64,000 nucleotides of DNA, taken from the NCBI RefSeq assembly GCF_009914755.1, contig NC_060928.1; one strand, given 5' to 3'. Positions 1 through 16,794 of the stretch are shown one piece after another. Below the pieces are notes generated by a model. The model saw nothing but the letters and a program-made list of their open reading frames with translations. It ran no database searches and had not been told where the DNA came from. Position 1 is the first letter of the stretch. Each line of letters begins with the position of its first letter. The DNA is from the human T2T-CHM13v2.0 reference genome, Homo sapiens. A program made the position numbers and the translations under genes.

Positions 1-61
1 AATATAAGCAAAAATACTTGAAACCTACATTTTTCCTAAATCTGTTTTTCATTGTTTATAA

Positions 62-1485
62 AGCACTATGCAATAGAAGTAAAATGCAAGCCACATATAA
101 AATTTCAAATTTTCTCACAGCCACATTTTTAAAAGTAGAAAGAAACAAGTGAAATTAATTTTAACTGTATATTTTATCTAACCCAATAGATCCAAATTAT
201 TAGCATTTCAAAATGGGATCAATAATAAAAAATTAACAAGGTAGTTTACCTTTTTTGTGTAGGAAGTCTTTGAAATCGGTGTTGTTAAAATAAATTTTAT
301 TGTATATATCTAAAGTATACAACATGATGTCAGGGGATACACAGATAGTAAAATAATTACTATAGTGAAGCAAATTAACATATCCATCATCTCACATAGT
401 TACTCATTTTATTTTTGTGGCAAGAGCAACTAAAATGTACTAATTTAGCAGGAATCCCAAATACAGTACAACTTTATTAACTATAGTCCTCATGTTATAC
501 ATTAGATCTCTGGACTTGTTCATCCCATGTATCTGCTACTTTGTAACCTCTAATCAATATCTCCCCATGTCCTCCCCAATGCCCCTGCAACCACTGTTGC
601 ATTCTCTATTGACTTCTTTTTTAAGAGTCCGCATTATAAGTGAGATCATGCAATATTCTTCTTTCTGTGCCTGACATTTCACTTAACATAATGTCCACCG
701 GGTTCACACATGCTGTGGCAAATGACAGAATCTCCTTTTTTTTTTAAAGCCAAATAATATTCCATTATTACATATACCGCAATTCCTTCATCCATCCACC
801 ATGTGACACTTAAGTTGTTTCCATATCTTGGCTATTGTGCATAATGCTGCAATGAATATGGGATTGCACATAACTTTCTGAGGTGGTGATTTCATTTCCT
901 TTAGGTATATGCCCAGAAGAGAGACTGCTGGGTCATATGGTGGTTTTATTTTTAATTTCATTGGGCTCCTCCATGCTGTTTTCCAAAATGGCTGCACCAA
1001 TCTACATTCCCACCAATGGTGTATAGGTTCCCTTTTCTGCACACCCTGAATAACGTTTGTTATCCCTTTACTCTTTGATAATAGCCATCCTAACGAGTGA
1101 GGTGTTATCGCACACTGGTTTCGGTTTGCATTTCCCTAAGGATTAATGATATTAAGCACTTTTTCATATACCTGTTGGCCACTTTTATGCATTCTCTGGA
1201 GAAATGTCTATTCAGGTCCTTCACCCATTTTTAAATTTGATTGTTTGTTTTTCTATTGAATTGTATGAATTATTCATACATTGTAGATATCATCCCCTTA
1301 TCAAATATATGATTTGCAAATTTTTTCCCAATCTGTAGGTTGTCATTTCATTTTGTTGACTGTTTCCTTTGCTGTGTCAAATCTGTGTGTATTTCACATT
1401 TACAGCATTCTCAATTCAGGCTAAAAGCACATTTCAAGCGCTCCATAGCCACAAATAACTAGTAGTTCCCATACGAGACCACACA
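62..1485. mobile_element. MER33-like hAT MITE (62-283 and ~1376-1485) interrupted by an L1
   Basis: The two flanks read as consecutive parts of a MER33-like sequence (GCCACAT...AAAAGTAGAAAGAAACAAGTGAAATTAATTTT...; ...CACATTTCAAGCGCTCCATAGCCAC). Confidence 0.6.
285..1375 (-). mobile_element. L1MA-type 3' end fragment
   Basis: ORF 788-1042 (-) resembles the L1 ORF2 C-terminus (WWECRLVQPFWK...PYDPA..LLGIY..EMK); typical L1MA 3'UTR sequence follows. Confidence 0.85.
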
Positions 1486-1629
1486 AATCCATAACATAAG
1501 TGGGCCAAATATCATTTCCAAATTTCTAAAGCTCAATTACAAAATCAACAGAAAGCCCTAAGTAACTAAACAAATACAAAATGTCTTTAAAGGCAGATGT
1601 AGGCTTATAAGAAAGTCAAAATATAAGAA

Positions 1630-1805
1630 TAACAGTTAATATTTATTGAGCATTTACTATTTTAGACCCTAAGTCAGACCCTATTTTAAATGCTTTTCAA
1701 GCATTATCTCATTTGATTATCACAAAGGCTGCTGATGCAGGTACTAGCGATGTCTCCATTTTACATATAAGTAAACTAAAACACAAGGAAAGTTAAGTAA
1801 ACAAG
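1630..1805 (-). mobile_element. MIR fragment
   Basis: ATTTATTGAGCATTTACTAT...ATCTCATTTGATT...CCATTTTACATATAAGTAAACT resembles the MIR core. Confidence 0.6.
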
Positions 1806-3997
1806 GCCATGCTTTTAAACAGTATACATGCTATGCCGCAAGAAAAATGCCAATAGAACCAAAGGTTGTTTTTAAAGTCAGAATACAGAAGATAGGAAAA
1901 GATAAAGTATGCAATAATGAAGAAAAAATTCTATCTTTTGGAATTAACAGGTTTTTTAAAACTGAATCATGTCATATGACACTTTTTCACAAGAAGCTCC
2001 AATCTCCAGACAATCAATACAGTTTTAGATTAGAATTTTTAAACTATTACACAAATATTGGGAACACTTATTCTGTTTTATGGAATGAGGTATTGCCCAA
2101 TTCTATTATACACACACACACATTTTATTTAACCTTATACTGGTAATATAAAACAAAAATATTTATGACCCAATATTGAAAAGTATGGTTTTAGCCTAAC
2201 GTAAAGAGTAATGAAAGCATTACTTTAACGTCAAGGATTTTCCAGTACTATATTAATTTGAAAAAGCTGCACTTTTCTTTTTTGAAACTCTTACATTTGT
2301 GATTTTATTATGCCAATCTTATTGTGGGCTTTTTTTAATAGTCTCATTCTCTTGTATGAAGGAAAGGGCTTATCTTCCTCCCATTCACCTATCATTTCAA
2401 ACAATAAAGTATGAAAAGATAAAACAGGCAATAATAAAGCAAGCTTCTTCCCTACATCTCAATTCTAAGAAAAAAATAGAATAATGCATAATACTGAACA
2501 CCATCTGAGACAGGTACATCATACCCCAAGATTTTTAGCTAAAACATGAGGACAATGTTTACTTTCACATGTATATGCTACCAGCAAATGACACAAATAC
2601 TGCCTAACGTTCATAAAAAGTCCAGATAAAAAGCTGGACATCTCTTCACAAAACAACATTCAAAAACTGCTCATCTTAATGGATGACTGGATACAGAAAG
2701 AAAAAAATTGCTTGTCTGAAATAACTAGTCCCATGTGAAAGAAAATCTGTGATCAGAGCTTAAATTGTCTGACCTTTTTGTTTACTTAAAATCACAAGAT
2801 AACAACAGCCCTGATCCACAGTTGAAGGCCATGGCTGGCTGCACACTAACTTTGACGTTTTTCAGGGTGTCACTGGAAAGCCCTATCACACCACCTTCAG
2901 TTACATAATAAACCTATCACTATACTGTTCTTACTCTCCCCTCCCACGTATTCAAAACTTCACAAAGGTAGCCAGAGCTAAGAGGAGAGCCTCTTAATTT
3001 AAGAGTTCGTTTACACAGTGTGCCTGGGCAGATATTTAGCAACAGCACAAAAAGGTTAAGAGTCAATCAGCCACCTGCCCATAACAAAGAAACGTCTGTT
3101 TGGTAAAAATTTTCCAAAAAATATGTTCACATCACTTACTTTTTGTCTTTGATATTTTGAACAGTTTCATCAACAAATGTTTCACGTAACCTACAAAGTT
3201 CACCTATGGACTTTGTTTTTCTTTTTATTTTTTCCTTTGGACTGCTACTCAATGTGTCAGGCACTGGGTCTGGCCCTTTCACGTACAGCATCCCGTATTA
3301 TTCCGGTTATTGTCTCCTCTAAGGGTTAACAACATTACAATCAAAATGACTTCACCACTAACTTATCTGAGTTTTTCTCCTAGGATGACAATATAACTCT
3401 GGGATCCTTACATAAAAGAACAATATCCATGAAACAATTACTTACACAACAAAATATTTGAGATTAGCACATAATTATTTATAAATGTCCTTTGCACTTT
3501 CATTACTCTTAAAACAGATGTAACAGAACTAAATTTAAGTACAAAACAATCTTCTTTAAAAAACCCAATACTTAAATTTGTAGTGTCACCAGAGAATACA
3601 AGGAATTCAACATCCGTGCTAAATTATAAATCACAAATATGAGTAATCAATCTACACTTAGATTATTGACTTTGGCCTGCCAGATAAAAAGCTTGCATTA
3701 AAAAAGTAGTTCTAAAACAACCCAATACTATTTTAATATGTGATTCAAGATTAAGCTTCAACTTATATGATTCAATACAAGCACTTAAAAAAAATTCCAA
3801 GAGCAATTTCCCTGTAATTGGTCCTTAATCTACTGGAAATGCAAAAGATGATCCCAGCCTTCCCTGACAAATATAACTCAACAAAGCAAAAAGGCAGTAG
3901 AAATTCCATTCAAAGTGAAGGAGGTACATTTAGACACCAACAAAAAACTCAAGAACATAACACACACGGCATATCATATACCACAATGCAACCTTAC

Positions 3998-4120
3998 CTG
4001 TTTCTGAAATGTATGTAACAGGATCCTGCCGTGAAATTTTACCAGGTTTAGAAGATACTGGCAGTTTTTCTGGTGGCTTTTTGGCATTTTTTACCTGCAA
4101 CGTCTCCTCTGACTCTGAAT
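3998..4120 (-). CDS. RFC1: RFC1 exon 4 (123 nt): (D)SESEETLQVKNAKKPPEKLPVSSKPGKISRQDPVTYISET; gene continues beyond the window start
   Basis: Acceptor CATACAG|AT, donor ACAG|GTAAGG; phase-compatible with exon 3. Confidence 0.97.
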
Positions 4121-4278
4121 CTGTATGTGAGAGAAAAATAAAACAAAACTTTGAAAAGAACTATTATAATATAGTGCATGTTTAAAGTAGTCACGGTGAA
4201 CCAATTCCTCAAGGTCTTTTTCAAGGCACATGTCTTCTGTGAATTCTCACAGGTTACTTTTACTCAGTGTTAAGCCTA

Positions 4279-5122
<844 letters not shown>

Positions 5123-5546
5123 GCCTAATCTCCCAGGGCACTTAAATATAAATCAGAACAAAGTGTGAGTACCTGGCACAGTGCCTGGTACAAAATAGAT
5201 GTTTCATAAACTTTAGTGTCCTTCCTCTTCCCCTGCACCATGCATTTATAAATCCTGTCACACTGTAGTAAACTGTATCAAACAAATGTCCAGTTTCCCA
5301 ACAAACAAAACTCCTGAGGAAGAGGAACGCGTACTTCTTTCAAATTCTTTACAATATAGAGCAATAAAAGGCACAGAGTAAACACTTAAGTACTTTCAGA
5401 ATTCAGAACCTTTGATAGTACTGTGAAAATTTTGACAATCCTTCTTTAGGCACATTTTTTATTTTAAGAATTCACACCAGAAGGCCGGGTGTGGTGGCTC
5501 ATGCCTGTAATCCCGACACTTTGGGAGGCCGAGGCAGGCAAAATCA

Positions 5547-5816
<270 letters not shown>

Positions 5817-6694
5817 TTAATACAGCAGATCTTGTCCACAAAAGCAAAAACTGAAACTTTCTGAATTCTACCATTTTACCATCATTTTGTGCATCATAAA
5901 AGGCATGCAAAAAAATTCATGTTCCCTATTTTAAAATTATGTTCAAAGAAAAGCCTTTAAATTGTGTTTATTCCTTTTTAAATGCAACCCAAAAAAGCCA
6001 GATCTTTCAATAAAGCACAAAAATTAAATTTTAGATCTTTGCTTTAAAAACAGTATTCTAAGGCACTATTTTTCAAATTTAACTTCCAACAACCTCAACT
6101 GGAAAAGAAATTAATACAAGTATTTTAAAAAATAATAGGGCCAGAGGCTCATGCCTGTAATCCCAAGACTTTGAGAGGCCGAGGAAGGCGAATTGTTTGA
6201 GGCCAGGAGTTTGAGACCAGCCTTGTCTACGTGGTGAAACCCCATCTCTACTAAAATTATAAAATTTCATCTCTACTAAAATTATAAAAATTAGCTAGAT
6301 GTGGTGCTGCACGCCTGTGGTTCCAGCTACAGGTGGCCAAAGCGCAAGAATCGCTTGAACCTGGGAGGTAGAGGTTGCAGTGAGCCCAGATCGCACCACT
6401 GCACTCCAACCTGGGCAACAGGGCAAGACTGTCTCTAAATAAATTAATTAAATTAAATAAAAACACATATATCACATTCAAAATAAGTTTGACAAATGCT
6501 GCATACTATATCACTTTCTGAAGGAATCTTTAATACAAACATATTTTGGTTCTGATAAGTTCTATAATAAAATTGTTTGAAATTTTACTTGAGCATACAG
6601 CCCTCTTCTCACAGGACTTATTAACATCTCAGAGAGCTACGTATCTCAGAACATAGTTGATTTATTTATTTATAATTTTTTTGTTTTTTCTTGA

Positions 6695-7027
<333 letters not shown>

Positions 7028-7053
7028 TAAAGCTCCTCAGAAGAAATTATTAC

Positions 7054-7129
7054 CTGAATCATAGATGATCCTCTTTTTCTTGCTTGGTTGCTTTTGTTTG
7101 AAGTCATCCTCTTTACGGGAGCTATTTAC
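7054..7129 (-). CDS. RFC1: RFC1 exon 3 (76 nt): VNSSRKEDDFKQKQPSKKKRIIYDS(D)
   Basis: Acceptor TATAG|GTA, donor TCAG|GTAAT; continues the frame from exon 2 and ends in phase 1. Confidence 0.97.
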
Positions 7130-7396
7130 CTATAAACATCACAATATAATTAGAACATAAAGAAGCCTATATAACTATCTTTTTTTTTTTTGAGACGGAG
7201 TCTCACTCTGTCATCCAGGCTGGAGCGCAGTGGCACGATCTCGGCTCACTGCAAGCTCCGCCTCCCAGGTTCACGCCATTCTCCTGCCTCAGCCTTCTGA
7301 GTAGCTGGGACCACAGAAACCCGCCACAATGCCTGGCTAATTTTTTGTATTTTTAGTAGAGACGGGGCTATCCTTTTTTCTCGTTAGATTTGGGCT

Positions 7397-7600
7397 CAGT
7401 CGTTTTAACCAGGGGGAATTTTGCATCCCCGCCCCCCAGAAGGCATTTGTCAATGTCTAGAAACATTTTTACTTGTCACAAATGGGGGTAGGGAGGTTTA
7501 CTGTCATGTAACAGGTAGATCAGGGATGCTGCTAAACATCCTACAATGCACAGGACAGTCCTCCACAACAAAGAATTCTCCAGACTAAACTGTCAGTAAT
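7397..7600. mobile_element. MER20 (hAT-Charlie MITE)
   Basis: CAGGGGGAATTTTGC...CATTTGTCAATGTCTAGAAACATTTT...GGATGCTGCTAAACATCCTACAATGCACAGGACAG matches the recalled MER20 consensus. Confidence 0.8.
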
Positions 7601-7858
7601 ATACCCTTATTGGCTAAAAATAGGCCAGACAGTAACTGTACCACAATGGGAAAAAAATAATTACAGAAAACGCTATATTATTATTCAGCTCCATTTTCAA
7701 CACTAACCTATGTATACAACAAAGAATAAAAGGATATCAGATATTACAAGGCAAGTGCTTCCTGAAAATGAAACGACAGAAACAGGAATAAATGCTAAGC
7801 TAGTGGCCTACCACTAGCCAATGCCTGTTAGGAAACTAAATAGAACCAGCCAGGCTCA

Positions 7859-8197
<339 letters not shown>

Positions 8198-9798
8198 TCA
8201 CATTTCTAACATATTCAAATTTTCTCAGAAAGCATCAAGAAGGCAGTGAAAAAACTGATTGTAATCAATTATAAGGTAGAAATAGAAACTATTTCTATCC
8301 ATTATAATAAAACTTCAAAAACATAAGAACAATCAACTAGCTTGCAAGAAAATGGAACAAATGAGCAATTATAATTTATATATACCACTGGATCAAGGAC
8401 AGAGTCAGAATCAACCACACCTCAAAAGTAAGAGAAGAAGGTATCAAGTAAAGGAGAAAGCCACAGAAAGAAATCCCAAATTCTGCCTGTAAACTTTACC
8501 CAAATCTCTGGCTATCTCCTGAATTATACATATGTGGAACAACTCCTATAGCTTAGCTAAGGTTAAAAGAATTGAATAAAGATTTCAGCTGCTGCCCATT
8601 ACAGGGGAGACAAGAGTTTGGAGCTTGAGTACAGCCAAGATCAATGCCTGATAAACCAAAAGAACACTCTTTGAAGGAATAACAGGATCCAAAGTTCCTA
8701 CACTGTATCGTTCACAATGTCCAAGATAAATCCAAAATAACTAGAACATGCAAAGAGGAAATGTGACCTGTGGAGGCTAATTTCATATGTGAACCTGACT
8801 GAACCACAAGATGTCCAGATATTTGGTCAAACATCATATTAGGTGTTTCTACAAGGGTGTTTTTGAATGAGCTTAATATTTAAATCAATTGACTAAGTAA
8901 AGCAGACTGCCCTCCCTAATGGCATTAAGCCTCATCTAATCAGCTGAAAGCCTGGAAAGAACAAAGGCCAACCCTCTGCTGAATGAGAGGGAATTCCTCC
9001 TGCCCGACTGCCTTAGAGCTGGGATATCTCTGGGACACTTTCTTCCTGCCGTTGGACTCCAACTAAAACATCAGCTCTACCAATTCTTGGTAATAAATCT
9101 CTCTATGTATACACACATACATCCTATTGGTTCTGTTTCTCTACAGAACTCTGACTGTATAATACAGATTTTGGTACCAAGAAATGGGATACTACTATAA
9201 AACAAACAAACAAACAAAAACAAAACAAAACCTAAAATACAGAAGTGACTTTGGAACTGGGGAGAGGCTAGATATTTTCTAGCATGTAGAAAAAGCCTAG
9301 ACTGCCATGAAGGAACTGCTGGTAGAAATATGAACGTTAAATGTAATAACAATGAGAGCTGATGAAGAGAAGAGAAGAGCTAGAGAAGAAGCCTCTTTCA
9401 TCTCAGAGAATACATATATCATCATGAACAGAATGTTGGTATAAATATGAATGTTAAAGGCCAACCTGGTAAGGTTTTACATGGAAATGAGAAAGAGATT
9501 ATTGGAAATTGGAAGAAAGACAATTCTTATTATAAAGTGGCACAGAACTTGGCCAAGTTGTGTCCTAGTGCTTTGTGAAAGATGGAACCTGTGAATGATG
9601 AAATCAGATATTTAGCTGAGGAGATTTCAAAGCAAAATCTTGAAGATGCGGCCTGAGTCCTCCTGACTGCTTGTAGTCAAATGCAAAACGGAAGAGATGA
9701 ACTAATGAAGAAACCGGTCAGCCAAAAGGGACCAGAACTTGAAGATTTGTAAAATTCTCAGCCTGTCCGTATTTCAGAAAATGAAAAAGCAAGTTCTA

Positions 9799-10176
<378 letters not shown>

Positions 10177-11418
10177 TCACTTGATAAAGAGATTATGGGA
10201 TTATACAGGCAAAAACACTGTCAGTTTGAATTGAAGAGGATGGAGAAAGGACAAAATGAAAGAAGGCTGTCAGACTTCTGAGATTCCAGTGACAGGACAA
10301 CACAGCTATTCTTCAAGAAAAGGGAAGAATGGCCCCAAAAGCAATTCAGAGATCAACCATCAGAACTCCCTCTTCAAAAGATGGAGCTTGGTTTCAACAG
10401 ATGAGACAGCCACCACCCAAAGCCTTGTGGGCAGGATGGCCCAGCAGAGCTGCAGAAGCAGGACAGCTGCCTGTGACTGTGGGGGTAGGGCCACTAACCC
10501 AGTGGGTCTAGAGGGCAGGGCATCAAGCCAAAGAGTATTATTTTCAAGGCTTATGTTCTGATTGAATTTGCCTTGCTAGGTTTTGGACTTGTTTGGGATC
10601 CATCACCCCTCCCTCCCTTCTGATTTCTCCTCTTTGGAATGGTAATGTCTATCCTATATGTCTGTTCTACTATCATATTTTAGAAGCACATTCCTTATCT
10701 GGTTTCACAGGTTCACAGCAAAAGAGAAATTTTCCCTCAGGATGATTCATACCTCAAGTATCACCCATATCTGATTTGGATGATATTGACATGAGACTGT
10801 GGACTTCAGACTTGATGCTGAAATGAGTTAAGACTTTGGGGGCTGTTATGATGGAATGAATGTATTTTGCATGCAAGAAGGACATAAATTCTGGGTGGCC
10901 ATGGATGGAATGTTATATCCTGAATGTCTGTGTCCCCAAAATTCACACGTTGAAGCCCTAACCCTCAGGGTGGCTATATTTGGAGTTGGAACCTCTAAAC
11001 AAGTAATTAAGGATAAATAAGGTCGTAAGGGTGGGGCTCTGATCTGACAGGATTAGCATTCTATAAGAACAGACACCAGAGTGCTCATTCAATCTCTATC
11101 TCTCTTTCTCCACCAGTGCTCAATCTCTCTCTCCACCCATATGCACTAAGAAGAGGCTATGTGAGGACAACACGAGAAGGCGGCCATGTACAAAGCAGGA
11201 AAAAGGCCCTCACCAGACACCTAATCAGCCAGTACCATCTATTTTGTAGTATTTTGTCATGGTGGCCTGAACTAACACATGACCCAAAGAATCAGGACAA
11301 AAGGCATTTAATGAAGACCAATTTTGATACAACACAGATGTCAGAATTAGCAGATAAGAATTTTAAAGCAGCTACTAGGCCGGGCACGGTGGCTCACACC
11401 TGTAATCCCAGCACTTCA

Positions 11419-11715
<297 letters not shown>

Positions 11716-12626
11716 TTAAAGCTACAAAAAAGAAACAAATGAAAATTCTAGAATTAAAAAATACAATATGTAAAATAAAAATTCACTAGATAGCCTTAAC
11801 AGTAAATTGGTGATAAAAGAAGAATCAATGAACTTAAAGACAGAAAAAGAGAAAGTACTCAATCTGAAAAAAAGACTGATAAAAATGAACAAGGCTCAAT
11901 GATCTGTGAGACAATATCAAAACTCCAACGTTTATGTAATTGTAATTCAAGAAGAGAAGAGAGAGAATGAGGCAGAAAAAATATTTGAAGAAATTATAGC
12001 AAAATGTTCCCAATTTTGATAAAAGATATAAATTTACAGATTAAAGAAGCTCAGAAACCAAAAATGGGATAAACAAAAGAAAACCACACTCAGGTAAGCC
12101 ATAGTCAAACTGCTGAAAACCAAAAATTAAAAAATTCTTTAATGAACCATGAGAAAAACAACACACATGAGAAAACAACATCAATGACTGGAGGCATCTC
12201 ATCAGATAAACTAGAAGCCAAAAAACAGTGGAACATCTTTAAAAGGCTTAAGTTTTTTAAAAAACAGTCAACCCAAAATTCCATATCCAGCAAAAATAAC
12301 CTTCAAGAATGAAGGCAAAATAAAGACATTTTCAGATTAACAAAAACTTATAGAGGTTTATCACCAACAGACCTACACTACAAAAAATGCTAAACAAAAT
12401 TCTTCAAGTTGAAAGAAAATGATATTAGACGAAAACTCAGATCTTCAGTGAGAAATGAAAAGCATCAGAAATAGCAAATACGTGCATAAAATAAAAACAG
12501 CAATTTTTGCCTTAATTTTTTTAAAAAATACACATCTATTTAAAGTAAAATTACATTGAATTGTGCAGTATTAACATATGTAGGTGTAATATATATGACA
12601 ACTAGGGCATAAAGAATGGAGTGAAT

Positions 12627-12938
12627 GGCTGGCACGGTGGCTCACGCCTGTAATCTCAGCACTTTGGGAGGCCAAGGCGGGCAGATCACGAGGTCAGGAG
12701 ATCGAGACCATCCTGGCTAACATGGTGAAACCCCGTCTCTACTAAAAAATAGAAAAAATTAGCTGGGTGTGGTGGCGGGCGCCTGTAGTCCCAGCTACTC
12801 GGGAGACTGAGGCAGGAGAATGGCATGAACCCAGGAGGCGGAGCTTGCAGTCTGCCAAGATTGCACCACTGCACTACAGCCTGGGCGACAGAGCAAGACT
12901 CTGTCTCAGGAAAAAAAAAAAAAAAAAAAAAAAAAAAA
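12627..12938 (+). mobile_element. AluY-like element with A28 tail, 63 nt from the exon 2 donor
   Basis: AluY-type motifs GAGATCGAGACCATCCTGGCTAAC and GGCGGAGCTTGCAG; poly(A) at 12911-12938. Confidence 0.9.
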
Positions 12939-13000
12939 CTTACAAGAACTGAGTTTATTTTACATTTCATTCAATGCAAAATTATACCCAGAAAACTAAC

Positions 13001-13129
13001 CTTGATTTCCTTTATTCCTTTCTTTGCTTTTAAAGTTTCTTCATCAGACTTTGTTTTCTCATTCTTCTTTACTGTTTCACTTACAAGTTTCTTTCCACTT
13101 GGTATTACTCCAAAGAATTTCCGAATGTC
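13001..13129 (-). CDS. RFC1: RFC1 exon 2 (129 nt): DIRKFFGVIPSGKKLVSETVKKNEKTKSDEETLKAKKGIKEIK
   Basis: Acceptor TTTTAG|GAC, donor AAG|GTTAGT, 43 codons without a stop, matching the recalled human RFC1 protein. Confidence 0.97.
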
Positions 13130-13298
13130 CTAAAAGCAAAAAACAGGAGATTCATGAATAAACATTAACCGCATAAAATTATAACTTCAATTGTAAGATG
13201 GGACAGCTTTATGTACACACTGGGTTACCCTGAGTAATTTTTCCATACCAAGATAGTTCCACGAATATAGTAGCTTTCTTTTCATGTGCAAAAGTTAA

Positions 13299-13617
<319 letters not shown>

Positions 13618-16600
13618 TCAAAAAAAAAAAAAAAAAAGAATAATTTGTCTAATAAAAAGTAATATAAATTCTCAGAATCAGGCCAAAAACAGGCCAAAAT
13701 AAGCAAGTGATATTTTTGCTAATGACATCAGAGTTATTAAAGAGGCAAGTGGCAGTTACTTATTATTGATCATACATGCACATACACATACACATCCCAT
13801 CATCCCAGGCATAGCTGGGGAGAAGACAAAGTTGGAGAATATGATCCTTGTCTGTGGATCATATACTCCAGTATGAAAGAATAACTCTCACAACCCTAAT
13901 CATTCCTGGCAACTAAAAAGCTTCAAATTGTTTTCCTTTATATGATTTTTCAACATCCTGAAGAAAAAAAACCTTTGATGCTTATTACAATATGCTCTTT
14001 AATTACCCGTGTTAAACCACAGAATTCAAATTAATCACACTGAAACATTTACAATGTAATTTACAATTAAAATCACTCACTTTTCCTAACCTTTGCATAG
14101 TCTTCCCCACCTCTCTAAAATTTAGTTTAAGAAACTGTGGTATAGAGGAAAGGGAACAGACCTTAGAATCAGAAGCCTTAATTCAAATCTGTGCTCTAGT
14201 GCTTTTTAACTGTGTGATCTTGGGCAAGCTACTTTATCTGTTTTCTCCTCAGTAAAGTGGGACTAATACTGACCCTTTATGTGGATTAATTATGCATCTA
14301 CCACAATTCTGGCCCAGTAAAAATCTTACCCTCACCTCATTTCTGAACTATCATCCCTTCATATTACTGAAACACTCTGTTTATCATTATCTCTGCTTAT
14401 AGAGAAGGGTATAAGAAGAAAAAATAATGAGAATGTAGGATCTGAATTCCAAAGAACTGGATTTAAGAACCACCTGTATCATTTTCCCTCTTCCTATCCT
14501 TGATGGTTGTAATCACCAGTTTTTATCACTTTTTATCCCTACAACCTACCTCTCTTTATTGCCTGAGAGAAATGCCTATAAAAGTACTTTGTAAAGTGTT
14601 AAGAAAAGTTAGCAATTATTTCCTAGATCCTGACAATAATTGTCATACTCTTACAATGTCAAAAATCCCAAATAAGTGTGACACACACACACACACACAA
14701 ATAACTGTGGCTAAGCCAATAAACAAAGCAGATAATTGAAGTACATAGCATGTTAAATAATTTTTTTAAGGCCAAGTAAGGTAGCTCATGCCTATAATCC
14801 CAGTACTTTAGGAGGCCAATGCAAAAGGATCACTTGAGGCCAGGAGTTCAAGACCAGCCTGGTCAACATGGTGAAATCCCATTTCTACTAAAAATATGAA
14901 AATTAGCCAGGCACGGTGGTGCATGCCTATAATCCACCTGCTCTGAAGACTGGAGCACGAGAATCGCTTGAACCTGGGAGGCAGAAGTTGCAGTGTGGCG
15001 AGATTGTACCACTGCACTCCAGCCTGGGCGACAGAACGAGACTGTCTCAAAAAAAAAAAAAAAAAAAAAAAAATTAAAAAAAAAGATTAAAGACTTCTCT
15101 GGCTTTATATCCTCTTTTGTAAATCTCCTAGTTACAAATCCATCCTAATTAAGTCTAAGTTTAAAAGATACTGCTTACAGACTGGGTGTCTCAGCTATGA
15201 AACTGAGACATCTGTATCAGATGCTAAAGAGGAGAAGAACAATAAAGAAAACCACAGTCTTTCCTATAATTACAGAGAATCAAGTCTGAGGCTGACAACT
15301 ACTTTATTGCTTCTGGAGCAAATGAGTTTCGTATCAGTTTCACTTTTGAAATTACACAGTGATTCTTCACTCAAACAATCATGACTGTTCTAAGTGAGCT
15401 CATAGATGGAAACATTTTAAAAATAAAAAGTAGTGATTGTTTAAACACATACACACAAAGATAGAGCGATAGTGCATGTGTGCCATGGAAATAACCAAAC
15501 TGTAAATTAATAATCTGGTTAAAGCAAGTGGTGGTTTTCAACCTGTTTTCGGACCAAAAATGCTTAAAACTGAGAAGAGAAAGAAAACAAAATGTAATTC
15601 AGGAAACAGAGCCACTGTTAACACTGATCTGTCTGGTTTTTGTCTGTACAAAAATCTGCACTGCCACTCCTTAGCACTGTTACACCATTTCCTCCCTACG
15701 TAATTATTTCCACTCACATCCTCCTTTCTTTCCCTTTGCATTACTTTACCCTACTCCCCTAAACTCCCCCACACTCTGATGGCAACGTAAGAGTTAAAGA
15801 AATTGCAGCATCGTAACCTAACTCAGTATACACTAAAAATCAAAGCTTTTAGAAAATAATTTTCATCAGAATGGAAGCCATTCTACTCATACTTTTTTAG
15901 AACTATCTCCAGTGTGAGCAGCCATCTGAGGTATAAACATCTAAGAGGCAAAGGTCAGCAATTTGTCCTTAATTTATAGCACGTGACTTCACCTGACTGT
16001 TCCAATTAACATTTGCTGTCCAGTGTTCTAGACCTTCAAAGACTTCATGAAATGCAGAAAAACAAGTCTAACTCCCAAATAATGAATCTAAACACTTCTC
16101 TTGCCTGCACAGAATAATTCTTGTTGAGCATATGAGTGGAGAAAGGAACAAATATTTAAATTTATTTTTCAATCTTGGCAAGTAGAAGTCCCTCAAAGCA
16201 GAACATCAAGGCCAGAAACCATCCCTAAAGAAAGGCAGATTTTACTACACAAAAAGTGCCATAAACAAAGTTAAAATGCAAGCAACAGAGCTGGGCACTG
16301 TGGTGCACACCTACAGTCCCAGGTACCAGACAGGCTGAGACAAGAGGATTGCTTGAACCCAGGAGTTCAAGTTCAGCCTGGACAACATAGTGAAACTATC
16401 TCAAAAAAAAAAAAAAAAAAAAAAAGCAACTAACTTAAAAACATCTACAACAGGCTGGACACAGTGGCTCACGCCTGTAATCCCGGCACTTTGGAGGCCG
16501 AGGCAGTTGGACTGCTTGAGACCAGCAGTTTGAGACCAGCCTGGCCAATACAGCAAAACCCCATCTCCACTAAAAATACAAAAATTGGCCATGTGTGGTG

Positions 16601-16748
16601 GTGCACACCTGTAATCCTAGCTACTCAGGGGGCTGAGGCACAAGAATCGCTTGAACCTGGGAGGCAGATGTTGCAGTAAGCCAAGAATGCCCCTTTGCAC
16701 TCCAGTCTGGGCGACAGAGCGACACTCATCTCAAAAAAAAAAAAAAAA

Positions 16749-16750
<2 letters not shown>

Positions 16751-16792
<42 letters not shown>
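16751..16792 (+). repeat. (AC)21 microsatellite at an Alu tail
   Basis: Perfect AC run directly after a poly(A) tail. Confidence 0.95.
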
Positions 16793-16794
<2 letters not shown>

